The notes under the pieces are model-generated. The model had not been told where the DNA came from. It was given only the letters and a program-made list of their open reading frames with translations, and did no database searches. Below are positions 28,723 through 37,659 of a stretch of 64,000 nt of DNA, in pieces. Within the stretch, counting starts at the first letter, position 1. Every line of letters begins with the position of its first letter. The DNA is taken from NCBI GenBank assembly GCA_019057815.1, contig JAHLWR010000003.1:64001-128000 (forward strand), given 5' to 3'. The translations under genes were made by a program, and so were the position numbers. Source of the stretch: Candidatus Heimdallarchaeota archaeon. GTDB taxonomy: Archaea; Asgardarchaeota; Heimdallarchaeia; Heimdallarchaeales; Heimdallarchaeaceae.

Positions 28723-29463
28723 ATGGATGAAGAGATTACCCAAGTATCTAAGTTTCTTTTAGAATTCAATACATATTTGAATATATCATCAATCATATCA
28801 ATAATGGAATTTGAAGGTATTAAACTTGAAATTGAAAAAATTGAGACTTATCCAACTACTTTAACTGTACAGAATGAAGAACTCCAACGAGCTTTCGATA
28901 CCTATAATAAAACTTTGACCATAGAAGGCTATATAAAATATAAGAATAGGTTTGAATTGATTCATCTAAATACATTATTAGAAGCATATCTCTTTAATTG
29001 TTGCAAATATCATATAGAACAGCATAAAGATATTCTAGATTGTACTAAAATATTATTTAAAGATCTTAGAACAAAAGATACTGAAACAATAATTGATGAA
29101 AAAATTGAGAAATATCTTAATGATGCAATAATGTATGGAGATTACACAGATATCTTTGAAAAGATAAAAAGAAAACTGAAATTGAATCAAATTGAAAGAA
29201 TTCTTTCTGATGAGGTGGTTAGAGAATTAAATGAATTGAGTGCCAAACGAAATTTAGTTTTGCACAGAAATGGAAGAATCGATAGAAAATATATACAAAA
29301 GATACACGATGATAATTCAGAAATTGGAGATAAACTACAAGTAGACAGCGAGTATATAAAACATATCAGATTAATAGTTATGACTTTTGCTATTGATTTT
29401 GACAATATTATTTGTGAATTGTACCCTAATCTAAAAACAAGTTTAACATATTATTATACTTGA
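28723..29463 (+). CDS. Putative HEPN-domain protein
   Basis: Helical protein with LLEAYL and the R-x4-H motif RNLVLH followed by NG. Confidence 0.65.
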   Translation: MDEEITQVSKFLLEFNTYLNISSIISIMEFEGIKLEIEKIETYPTTLTVQNEELQRAFDTYNKTLTIEGYIKYKNRFELIHLNTLLEAYLFNCCKYHIEQHKDILDCTKILFKDLRTKDTETIIDEKIEKYLNDAIMYGDYTDIFEKIKRKLKLNQIERILSDEVVRELNELSAKRNLVLHRNGRIDRKYIQKIHDDNSEIGDKLQVDSEYIKHIRLIVMTFAIDFDNIICELYPNLKTSLTYYYT

Positions 29464-29548
29464 TGAATTTCAATAAGCTTTTCTATTAAGCCTAGAAAAG
29501 ATACAATAAAACTCTTAGAATCTAAAAGAAAAGAAAAAGAAAGGAGTT

Positions 29549-30275
29549 TTAGTAATTTTTAGCAGATTTTTCAGGCTTGACCATAATTATTACCCCGAGT
29601 CCTATGACCATCATTATTCCGATAATCAACATAGCCCAACCATATGTTTTGTAGTTCCATTTATCATAAAAGACAATGAAAGCAAGACTCCATATTATTG
29701 GGCCTACAGCTGCAGAAACTTTACCGGATAACTTGGAAAAACCAAAATATTCGCCAAATTTTTCCTTAGGAGCTAATGCAGCAACCATAGCTCTCTGAGC
29801 AACCCATGTACCACCTAAAGCAGGTCCAGCGAGTACACCCATGAGAATTATCATGATAAAAGGGAAATTGAAACCAGTGTCTATAGGAGCCCAAATGAAA
29901 ATACCTAAGATTCCAAGAGCTAGTGCTACAAACCAAAGGATTCCAACTAAAATGAAAGCATTCTTAGCTCCTTTTTTATCAGCAAAGACACCGATGAAAT
30001 ATGAAAAAGCAACAGCTGAAACGGTGGATATTACTATGAATATCATACCAAAGGTTTCAGACATAAGAAAACCGTCGCGAATTAAAGGGAACATATAAAT
30101 CACTATCACATTCGCAACATCAACAAAGAGGAAATATCCGATAATAAAGATAAACATCTCTCTATGACGAGTAATCTCTTTAAAAGTACGTCCAAGACTC
30201 TTGAAAGTATCCTTTATTAGAACACCAGCAGAAGGTCTGTCTCCTTTTTTCTGTCTTTCTTTGACAAAGATGAAT
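29549..30275 (-). pseudogene. 5'-truncated MFS transporter (UMF1/ATG22-like), C-terminal half only
   Basis: About 6 TMs, G..ADKKGAK, GEYFGF..LSGK.SA..GP. Upstream of FIFVKER the sequence is the antisense of another gene fragment. Confidence 0.75.
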
Positions 30276-30620
30276 TCTACCCAAAATGTTGACTTTGTAA
30301 CAATGGATTTGGAAAATTTCATCAAGTTCAATTCGACTTTTAATGAATCTTCATCGGAGGAATTCAATTATATTAGCAATTTTTCTGAATTGAATACAAC
30401 ATCGATTTCATTTGATTTATTATTTGAAGAAGAAACTAGACTCTTTTTCATTATCGAAAATGCTGAATTAATCTTAGGTGGAATAAATGGTACCGATAAT
30501 TGTGATATATCTCTTGTTTTGACATCTGAAGAGGAAAGTGATTATGTTTTTGGCATAATTATTGGTGTTATAATTCTCTTATTCATAGGTTTAGCCGTCT
30601 ATTTAAGGAAGAGAAAATAA
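30270..30620 (+). pseudogene. C-terminal fragment of a membrane-anchored surface glycoprotein
   Basis: Six N-x-S/T sequons, C-terminal TM plus RKRK tail, no signal peptide; abuts the truncated MFS gene head-to-head. Confidence 0.6.
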
Positions 30621-30657
30621 ATTTTTTTCAACATTCTTTTTTGATTTTTTCAAGATT

Positions 30658-31710
30658 TTAAAGAATCCAATAATCTTTTTGAGCTTTTTTTACTAAATTA
30701 ATCATATCTATAGTGTGTTCAGTTATATTTTCTATTTTTACATCGTCACACAAAGAAGATTTTTCACCTAAAATCCCTTTTAGGTATTTCTCGCTGACCG
30801 TTGCTAGCTTTTTCAAATAGTAACCTCCTTCTAGAACGTTTACTATTTTTCCACCAGTTAATTTTTTTGCTGTTTCTTGAATCATGTAACCTGCAGCTTG
30901 GAATGCTTCTGCTGTGATGTTTAAAATCCCTGCAGGGTCACCCTTCAATGCATCAAATCCAATTGAAACAAGAACAATTTCGGGCTTATATTGTTCCACT
31001 ATTTGTAAAGCTGTTTTCAAAGCGTAAAGCCAATCAACATTTTCAGTATTTGGTAGAAGAGGTATATTTACTGTGAATCCTTTTCCTTCTTTTATTCCCA
31101 CTTCTGAAGGGTATCCTGATCCTGGATATGAGTATTTAGGATGAGCATGTAATGACAAATAAAGAACATCCTTTCTGTGATAGAATATGTGAGCAGTACC
31201 ATTACCAAAATGATGATCAATATCTAATATAGCTATTTTCTTGATATTTCTTTCACTAATTAGCCATTCAGCAGCAATAGCGATGTTATTAAAAAAGCAG
31301 AAACCTCCACAAGAATTTACTTCAGCGTGATGTCCCGGTGGTCGAACTAATGCAAAACTTGTTTTTGATATACCATCAACTACCACTCTAGTTGCTTTTA
31401 TTGTTCCTCCAACAGCTAACTTAGCTGTAGTGAACGAATGCTCATTCATGGAAGTATCAAGAGATACCATACCTCCTCCTAGTTCTGAAACTCTTTTAAT
31501 ACGATAAACAAGATCCGGAACATGAACTCTGAGTATCTCATCCTCTTCAACTAATTCAGGGTCATCGATTTTAATTGTTAGTGAACTTTCAGATTTCAGT
31601 TTCTCTACTCCCTCAAGTATAGGATTTAGCCTTTCTGGACACTCTGGGTGTAAAGTATCCATTTTATGATCCTTGTAACGTTCTGAGTAAATGACTATAA
31701 GATCATACAT
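30658..31710 (-). CDS. Histone deacetylase family protein
   Basis: HPE.PER, RPPGHHA, GFC.FNN, D.D.H.GNGT, GFD...DP, LEGGY. Confidence 0.93.
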   Translation of the reverse strand: MYDLIVIYSERYKDHKMDTLHPECPERLNPILEGVEKLKSESSLTIKIDDPELVEEDEILRVHVPDLVYRIKRVSELGGGMVSLDTSMNEHSFTTAKLAVGGTIKATRVVVDGISKTSFALVRPPGHHAEVNSCGGFCFFNNIAIAAEWLISERNIKKIAILDIDHHFGNGTAHIFYHRKDVLYLSLHAHPKYSYPGSGYPSEVGIKEGKGFTVNIPLLPNTENVDWLYALKTALQIVEQYKPEIVLVSIGFDALKGDPAGILNITAEAFQAAGYMIQETAKKLTGGKIVNVLEGGYYLKKLATVSEKYLKGILGEKSSLCDDVKIENITEHTIDMINLVKKAQKDYWIL

Positions 31711-31863
31711 TTAGTTTAACTAGGTCATAGAACAATTAATCTTTTCGTATTAATCTATCAGCAGAACATTTTGTTTGTTAATTGAGAATAAAAATAGAAA
31801 CTACAAACTTATATATGGTTTTTTTGAAATCAGAATTATTGTAATATCGATGGAGTTAGAAAA

Positions 31864-32400
31864 ATGAGTTTCTTGGTTGATGTTGGACTAGCGCTACTCT
31901 TTGCTGGACCTATCTTCTTTTCCAATGCAATTCCTTCAGTGCTTGGAGGAGGTTATCCTATAGACTCTTATAAGAATTTCTTCGATGGAAAGAGAATTCT
32001 TGGCGATCACAAAACACTGCAAGGATTAATTAATGGAATACTTTTTGGTTTTTTCACAGGTGTGATTATCTGGTATACCGTTGGTGAAACTATGAATGCA
32101 AGGTATGAACATCTTGGTTTCCAATACCCATTCTGGATTGGCATATTGTTTGGTTGGGGGGCTAACTTTGGTGATTTGTTAGGGTCATTCATAAAACGAA
32201 GAATAAATATAAAATCTGGTGGTAAATTTCCTGTTTTTGATCAACTTGGTTACATGGTTTTTGGTATTCTCTGGGCATGGCCTGTGTATAGAGCTATTCC
32301 ATGGCAATTCTGGGTTTCTTTGTTGATTTTTGCTCCCTTACTTCATATATTATCTAATCTTTTTGCTTATGCTATTAAAGCAAAAGACGTACCATGGTAA
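31864..32400 (+). CDS. carS: CDP-archaeol synthase
   Basis: N..P...GG..PID....F.DGKRILGD.KT..G, GDL.GSFIKRR, DQL, terminal K.VPW. Confidence 0.93.
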   Translation: MSFLVDVGLALLFAGPIFFSNAIPSVLGGGYPIDSYKNFFDGKRILGDHKTLQGLINGILFGFFTGVIIWYTVGETMNARYEHLGFQYPFWIGILFGWGANFGDLLGSFIKRRINIKSGGKFPVFDQLGYMVFGILWAWPVYRAIPWQFWVSLLIFAPLLHILSNLFAYAIKAKDVPW

Positions 32401-32507
32401 ACTACTAGTTCATATAGAAAAAGAGCTATTTAATACACTGTCGATAAAGTCAAATTTATAAAGGAAATTACGTATAGAAAATTGTACTAACTTAAAAGTC
32501 GTTTTCA

Positions 32508-32831
32508 ATGAAAGTAGATTCAGATAGAAAGGATTGCATTCTAACTTGTCGTTCCTTTATGTGCAGCAAACGAATGTTGAAAATAAAAAGAGATGGAGAA
32601 AGTAAAAGCTTTATTTGTCGCTTGGATGGATATGAATGTTTAGGATACAGCTGCAGTTATGCTGAGTGTAGAGACAGATTACTTAGTGACGATGGAAGAT
32701 GTTTAAAACCTGTTCAGAAGGATCAGAAACATCTTAGGGTAAAGAATCTTGCATTTGAGCAACACAATAATAAGTTTCAACAAAATCTAGATGATAGAAT
32801 TCAAAAGAAAATAAGCAGAAAGTTGAAATAA
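32508..32831 (+). CDS. Small Cys-rich hypothetical protein
   Basis: Eight cysteines in the N-terminal 65 aa (C...C..F.C...C.....C....C.YA.C......G.C). Confidence 0.65.
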   Translation: MKVDSDRKDCILTCRSFMCSKRMLKIKRDGESKSFICRLDGYECLGYSCSYAECRDRLLSDDGRCLKPVQKDQKHLRVKNLAFEQHNNKFQQNLDDRIQKKISRKLK

Positions 32832-32896
32832 GGCTATGACTAAATCTTAAATATCTATAATGTAAAAGGTCTATAAGAATAAGATGTGATGTAAAA

Positions 32897-33676
32897 ATGA
32901 TTCCTAATAGTTCTGGAACAGGTCAAAAAAAGCTTTTAACTTTCGGAATACCAAGTCTTGATGAAATTTTAGGGGGAGGAATACCTCCTGGATCAAATGT
33001 TCTAATAGAAGATGCAATAGGTGCTGAAGCGGAGCCTTTTGTTCTACAGTTTCTTGCTGAAGGCCTTAAAGCAGGTGAATACGGTTATATTATGTCGACA
33101 GAACACCCATACGACTATTATGTCGACATATTGAATGGGATAGGTGTTAACCCTGATATGCTATCAGCAACTGGGAGATTGCAATATATTGATGCTTTTA
33201 GCAACCCTTTTGGATATGCAGATAAGAGAGATTCACACCAACACACTGTAAACGATTTAAGCCAACCAAGAGAAATTAACGAGACAATAAGAAGAGCGTT
33301 TTTACACGTCCAAAATCAAAAAATCATGAAAAGAGGTATAGTCTTATCACTTTCATCGATAATTTACGCATCCAACGAATCGAAAAATATCTTATTTTCT
33401 TTTCTACAAAATAGATTAGCAAGCAATAAAAATGATGGGTCTGTAACAATTTTCTTACTGCATTACGATGCTCATGAACCGTTATTGGTAAGAGCAATAG
33501 AACATAATTGTGATGCAACTATAAGAGTATTAAAAGCTAAAACAGATAATGATCGACCTATTACAGAAGTCCGAGTTGTTAATGTAAAAGGCAAACCTGA
33601 ATTAGTAGGAGAACCAGTACTTTTCGAGTTCATAAGTGGAAAAATCTTACCCTATTATGAAGGTGAAAAGTTCTAG
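32897..33676 (+). CDS. KaiC/RAD55-like RecA-fold protein with degenerate Walker motifs
   Basis: TFGIPSLDEILGGGIP.GS N-terminus; Walker A position reads DAIGAEAE and Walker B position reads IVLSLS. Confidence 0.85.
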   Translation: MIPNSSGTGQKKLLTFGIPSLDEILGGGIPPGSNVLIEDAIGAEAEPFVLQFLAEGLKAGEYGYIMSTEHPYDYYVDILNGIGVNPDMLSATGRLQYIDAFSNPFGYADKRDSHQHTVNDLSQPREINETIRRAFLHVQNQKIMKRGIVLSLSSIIYASNESKNILFSFLQNRLASNKNDGSVTIFLLHYDAHEPLLVRAIEHNCDATIRVLKAKTDNDRPITEVRVVNVKGKPELVGEPVLFEFISGKILPYYEGEKF

Positions 33677-33699
33677 ATAACTCTTCATCCTTTTTTTTG

Positions 33700-34302
33700 A
33701 TGGGAATTAAAGATAGGTTTAATAATCAATATGAAAAGAATAACACGAGAAACTTGATGTTTGATTACCTATTTAAAACGATAATTGTTGGAAATCCAGG
33801 AGTAGGGAAAACATCAATAACACTCCGATTTGCTACTGGAGTATTTAAATCAAGATATCTCCCAACAATAGGCGTAGAATTCTCAGTAAAAGATATTGAA
33901 GTGAAAGGACAGCACATAAAATTACAATTATGGGATACAGGAAGTCATGATCGTTTCTCTTATATTAGACCAATGTATTATAGAGGAAGTTATGGTGTTC
34001 TGGTAGTTTGTGATTTAGCAAATGAGCTGACACTTAAAGAACTCGATAAATGGTTCACAGAAGTGTACTCCAATACTGAGGAAGTGATACCAGCTATATT
34101 GATAGGTAATAAAGCTGATTTGGGTGATAAGCGCTTGATATCGACAGAAGAACTTTTGCAATATGCTTCAGAAAAGAAAGACGAGTACAAATTAGCTGAA
34201 ATACCAGTCTATGAGGTTTCAGCAAAATCAGGGCAAAATATTAATGATATTTACTATCGCTTAGCAGATTTAATGATTAAAAAATCTAATGAATCGGAAT
34301 AA
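33700..34302 (+). CDS. Rab-like small GTPase
   Basis: FDYLFK, GNPGVGKT, PTIGVEF, KLQLWDT, YYRGS, NKAD, SAK; no C-terminal Cys motif. Start may be the ATG at 33757. Confidence 0.93.
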   Translation: MGIKDRFNNQYEKNNTRNLMFDYLFKTIIVGNPGVGKTSITLRFATGVFKSRYLPTIGVEFSVKDIEVKGQHIKLQLWDTGSHDRFSYIRPMYYRGSYGVLVVCDLANELTLKELDKWFTEVYSNTEEVIPAILIGNKADLGDKRLISTEELLQYASEKKDEYKLAEIPVYEVSAKSGQNINDIYYRLADLMIKKSNESE

Positions 34303-34443
34303 ATAACTTATAACTCTGCTTCTTCTCATGTTATTAATAAAAATCCAAATTTTCATTTTAATGAGGTTGTATGCAAATATTTAAGTTATTTTTACTCATT
34401 ATAGTATATATAATAAATTTAGATTGTTTTAGGTGAAAAAACT

Positions 34444-35013
34444 ATGGCTAAAATAGTTGATGTCCGTATAAACGGAAGAGGAGGGCAAGGAGCTGTGACA
34501 GCTTCTCGTCTATTAGCAGAAGCAGCTATCATAGAAGGACAATATGTTCATGCTTTCCCTAACTTCGGTCCTGAAAGGGCAGGGGCTCCAGTTACGTCAT
34601 TTTCAAGAATCAGCCCTGAGCCCTTTACAGAGAAAATAGAGGTTTATAATCCAGATATCGTGGTTGTAATAGATTCTTCTTTGTTGGGTGATGTTCAAAT
34701 AGCTGAAGGTTTAAAACCTGGAGGTATAATTATTTGCAACTACGAAGGGAAATTGGAATCGCTAAAACACTATTTTGAAGGAGTAGATTCTAAAATTTAT
34801 AAGATATCTGGAACAAGAATTGCTAGGGAAGAGCTGGGAATAAATAAACCAAATATGATAATGCTAGGTGCATTGTTAAAAGTTGTTCAGATTGTTAAAC
34901 TTGAAAGTCTAATCAAAGTAACTAAAGAAAGATTCAAAGGTGTAATTGGTGAAAAAAATTCTAAAGCTATGAAAAGAGCATATAATGAGGTGACAGGCAA
35001 TGGTACAATCTAA
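34444..35013 (+). CDS. porG: 2-oxoacid:ferredoxin oxidoreductase gamma subunit, copy 1
   Basis: GRGGQGAVTA, FP.FGPERAGAP, N..MLGA. Confidence 0.93.
   Translation: MAKIVDVRINGRGGQGAVTASRLLAEAAIIEGQYVHAFPNFGPERAGAPVTSFSRISPEPFTEKIEVYNPDIVVVIDSSLLGDVQIAEGLKPGGIIICNYEGKLESLKHYFEGVDSKIYKISGTRIAREELGINKPNMIMLGALLKVVQIVKLESLIKVTKERFKGVIGEKNSKAMKRAYNEVTGNGTI
34465..34959 (+). repeat. 495-bp identical direct repeat within the two porG copies (partner 35596-36090)
   Basis: No mismatch found by eye; offset 1131 bp; flanks diverge on both sides. Confidence 0.93.
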
Positions 35014-35269
35014 TGTCTGGTTCATAAAAAAGCAGAGTTGCTCAACCAACCTGTCAGAATAGCGTCAGAAGAACTATAAACAGAGAAGCTAAATTTAGGA
35101 GGTTTAGAATATAAACTAGATTAGTGAATTATTAGTGTTTAAAGATTTTAATCCTATTTTAGGTCCCCTAAATGTTATTTTCTCTCGGGAAAACTATATT
35201 TAAAAATAACCTATTTACGGAGAATATCACAATAATTTCTTTAAACATAAGAAAGTTTCCGGTGATAAA

Positions 35270-35563
35270 ATGGTATATAAATTTCCAAGCAAAGGATGGA
35301 TTGAATACTATAAGGACATTCTAAACAGTGAAAAGGGCAAACCATGGCAAAAAGCTGCTAAAGCGTGGGAAGGCGACTTTCTATTTGTTATAGAACCTGA
35401 TGAAAAATTAAAGCAAGGGAACACTTTCTACATAAATCTATGGCATGGAGAATGTAGGAAAGTAGACAGCTCAGAGGATGGAAAAAAATTACCGGAATCT
35501 GAGTTTGAGTACAGAGGAATACTTACTCAAGATAGCTTAATTAATAAATTTAGATTATTTTAG
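35270..35563 (+). pseudogene. 3'-truncated SCP2 sterol-carrier-like protein
   Basis: FPS..W......LN......AAK.WEGD..F.IEPD......Y..LWHG.C; similarity ends near 35520, where the duplicated porG leader begins. Confidence 0.7.
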
Positions 35564-35574
35564 GTGAAAAAATT

Positions 35575-36129
35575 GTGGCTAGCATAGTTGATGTTCGTAT
35601 AAACGGAAGAGGAGGGCAAGGAGCTGTGACAGCTTCTCGTCTATTAGCAGAAGCAGCTATCATAGAAGGACAATATGTTCATGCTTTCCCTAACTTCGGT
35701 CCTGAAAGGGCAGGGGCTCCAGTTACGTCATTTTCAAGAATCAGCCCTGAGCCCTTTACAGAGAAAATAGAGGTTTATAATCCAGATATCGTGGTTGTAA
35801 TAGATTCTTCTTTGTTGGGTGATGTTCAAATAGCTGAAGGTTTAAAACCTGGAGGTATAATTATTTGCAACTACGAAGGGAAATTGGAATCGCTAAAACA
35901 CTATTTTGAAGGAGTAGATTCTAAAATTTATAAGATATCTGGAACAAGAATTGCTAGGGAAGAGCTGGGAATAAATAAACCAAATATGATAATGCTAGGT
36001 GCATTGTTAAAAGTTGTTCAGATTGTTAAACTTGAAAGTCTAATCAAAGTAACTAAAGAAAGATTCAAAGGTGTAATTGGTGAAAAAAATACTAAAGCTA
36101 TTAGAAGAGCATATAATGAGGTGGAATGA
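35575..36129 (+). CDS. porG: 2-oxoacid:ferredoxin oxidoreductase gamma subunit, copy 2
   Basis: Same motifs as copy 1; GTG start after AGGTGA; stop overlaps the porD start. Confidence 0.93.
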   Translation: MASIVDVRINGRGGQGAVTASRLLAEAAIIEGQYVHAFPNFGPERAGAPVTSFSRISPEPFTEKIEVYNPDIVVVIDSSLLGDVQIAEGLKPGGIIICNYEGKLESLKHYFEGVDSKIYKISGTRIAREELGINKPNMIMLGALLKVVQIVKLESLIKVTKERFKGVIGEKNTKAIRRAYNEVE

Positions 36130-36467
36130 TGAAAAAAAAGGAAATACCTCTTGATATCCAAAAGTGGCATATAAACAAGTGGGGAACTGAAAAATTGCCA
36201 ATTGGTGGAGCTGTACCCTTTCACAGTTCATATGGTTATAAAACAGGAAATTGGTCAGCGAGGAAACCGTTTATTGATCAAGAAAAATGCACTGGGTGCT
36301 TGAATTGCTTCTATTATTGCCCTGATTCTGCAATTGAAATGCAAGAAATTGAAGGAAAATACGTAGCAGAATGTGATTTCAACTATTGTAAAGGCTGTGG
36401 AATATGTGTGCAACATTGTCCTGTTAATGCAATAGAATGGACGAAAGTGAGGTGGCACACAAAATGA
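36126..36467 (+). CDS. porD: 2-oxoacid:ferredoxin oxidoreductase delta subunit (2x[4Fe-4S])
   Basis: KTG.W...P, CxxCxxCxxxCP twice. Confidence 0.93.
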   Translation: MMKKKEIPLDIQKWHINKWGTEKLPIGGAVPFHSSYGYKTGNWSARKPFIDQEKCTGCLNCFYYCPDSAIEMQEIEGKYVAECDFNYCKGCGICVQHCPVNAIEWTKVRWHTK

Positions 36468-37654
36468 TAGAACCAATAGTTAAAGGAATGACAGGTGATG
36501 AGGCTGTTGCTTGGGCTGCAAAACAAATAAATCCAGATGTAATAGCCGCCTACCCTATCACACCCCAGACAATTATTGTTGAACGCTTTTCAGATTATGT
36601 GAATGATGGTTTAGTTGATACTTCATATATTCCAGTTGAATCAGAACATTCAGCAATGTCTGCATGTGTAGGTGCTTCAGCAACGGGAGCAAGAGTTTTT
36701 ACTGCTACGGCTTCTGCTGGACTAGCTTTAATGTATGAAATTCTTTATGTGGCTTCAGGTATGAGATTACCTATCGTTTTAGCTGTCGCAAACAGAGCTT
36801 TTTCAGCTCCAATTAATATACATGGAGAGTGCACAGATCAAATGGTCTGTCGCGATGCTTCATGGATTTCTCTTTTTGGTGAATCAGCACAAGAGGCATA
36901 TGATGAAACTATTATGTCTTTCAAAATAGGAGAAAACCCAGAAGTAATGCTTCCAACAATGTTTGGTATAGAAGGTTTTATTGTTACACATGCTCTTGAA
37001 AGAGTCGATACACTTCCTGACAAAACCGTTAAAGAATTTCTCGGTGATAGAAGAGTAATACCAGCCTGTTGTACTTTTAACCCATTCGCTGTAGGAACTT
37101 TTGGTTCTTTAGTTTTACAAGATAATTACATGGAACTTAAAAGACAACAAGAAGAAGCAATGCAAAAAGCTTATCACGTAACAAAAAATGTTATGGCAGA
37201 ATTTTCCGAGATTTCAGGAAGGGATTACGAAATAATTGAAAAATATAATCTTGAAGATGCTGACTATGCTTTTGTCTCGTATGGAGCAACAGCAGGGAAT
37301 GCTAAAGCTGTAGTTGATCGTTTAAGAGAAAAAGGAGAAAAGGTTGGTTCACTAAAAATAAGACTATATCGTCCTTATCCTGTTTCTGACATCTATGAAG
37401 CTCTGAAAGGAATTAAAGCCGTATCTATTCTAGATCGTTCTGCAACTTTCGGTTCTCCAGCAACCATAGCTCAAAACGACTTGGCAGCAGCTCTTTATGG
37501 AAAGAAAGATGTTCCTACACTACATGGCTATATTAATGGTCTTGGGGGACGCGTTTTATTACTTCCTGAAATTGAACAAGTCTATGAACAGTCTAAGAAA
37601 TATCATGAGGAGGGGAAAGCCTTGACTCAAGATTGGATAGGGTATAGAAGGTGA
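36464..37654 (+). CDS. porA: 2-oxoacid:ferredoxin oxidoreductase alpha subunit
   Basis: AYPITPQT, ESEHSA, TATAS.GL..M, NRA..P.NI; ATG 36464 follows GAGGTG. Confidence 0.95.
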   Translation: MIEPIVKGMTGDEAVAWAAKQINPDVIAAYPITPQTIIVERFSDYVNDGLVDTSYIPVESEHSAMSACVGASATGARVFTATASAGLALMYEILYVASGMRLPIVLAVANRAFSAPINIHGECTDQMVCRDASWISLFGESAQEAYDETIMSFKIGENPEVMLPTMFGIEGFIVTHALERVDTLPDKTVKEFLGDRRVIPACCTFNPFAVGTFGSLVLQDNYMELKRQQEEAMQKAYHVTKNVMAEFSEISGRDYEIIEKYNLEDADYAFVSYGATAGNAKAVVDRLREKGEKVGSLKIRLYRPYPVSDIYEALKGIKAVSILDRSATFGSPATIAQNDLAAALYGKKDVPTLHGYINGLGGRVLLLPEIEQVYEQSKKYHEEGKALTQDWIGYRR

Positions 37655-37659
37655 GGAAT

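Noticed and set aside
28198-30071. Diversity-generating retroelement template/variable pair (also considered for the grpB repeat)
   Set aside because: Mismatches are not confined to adenines of either copy on either strand, and there is no reverse transcriptase in the window.
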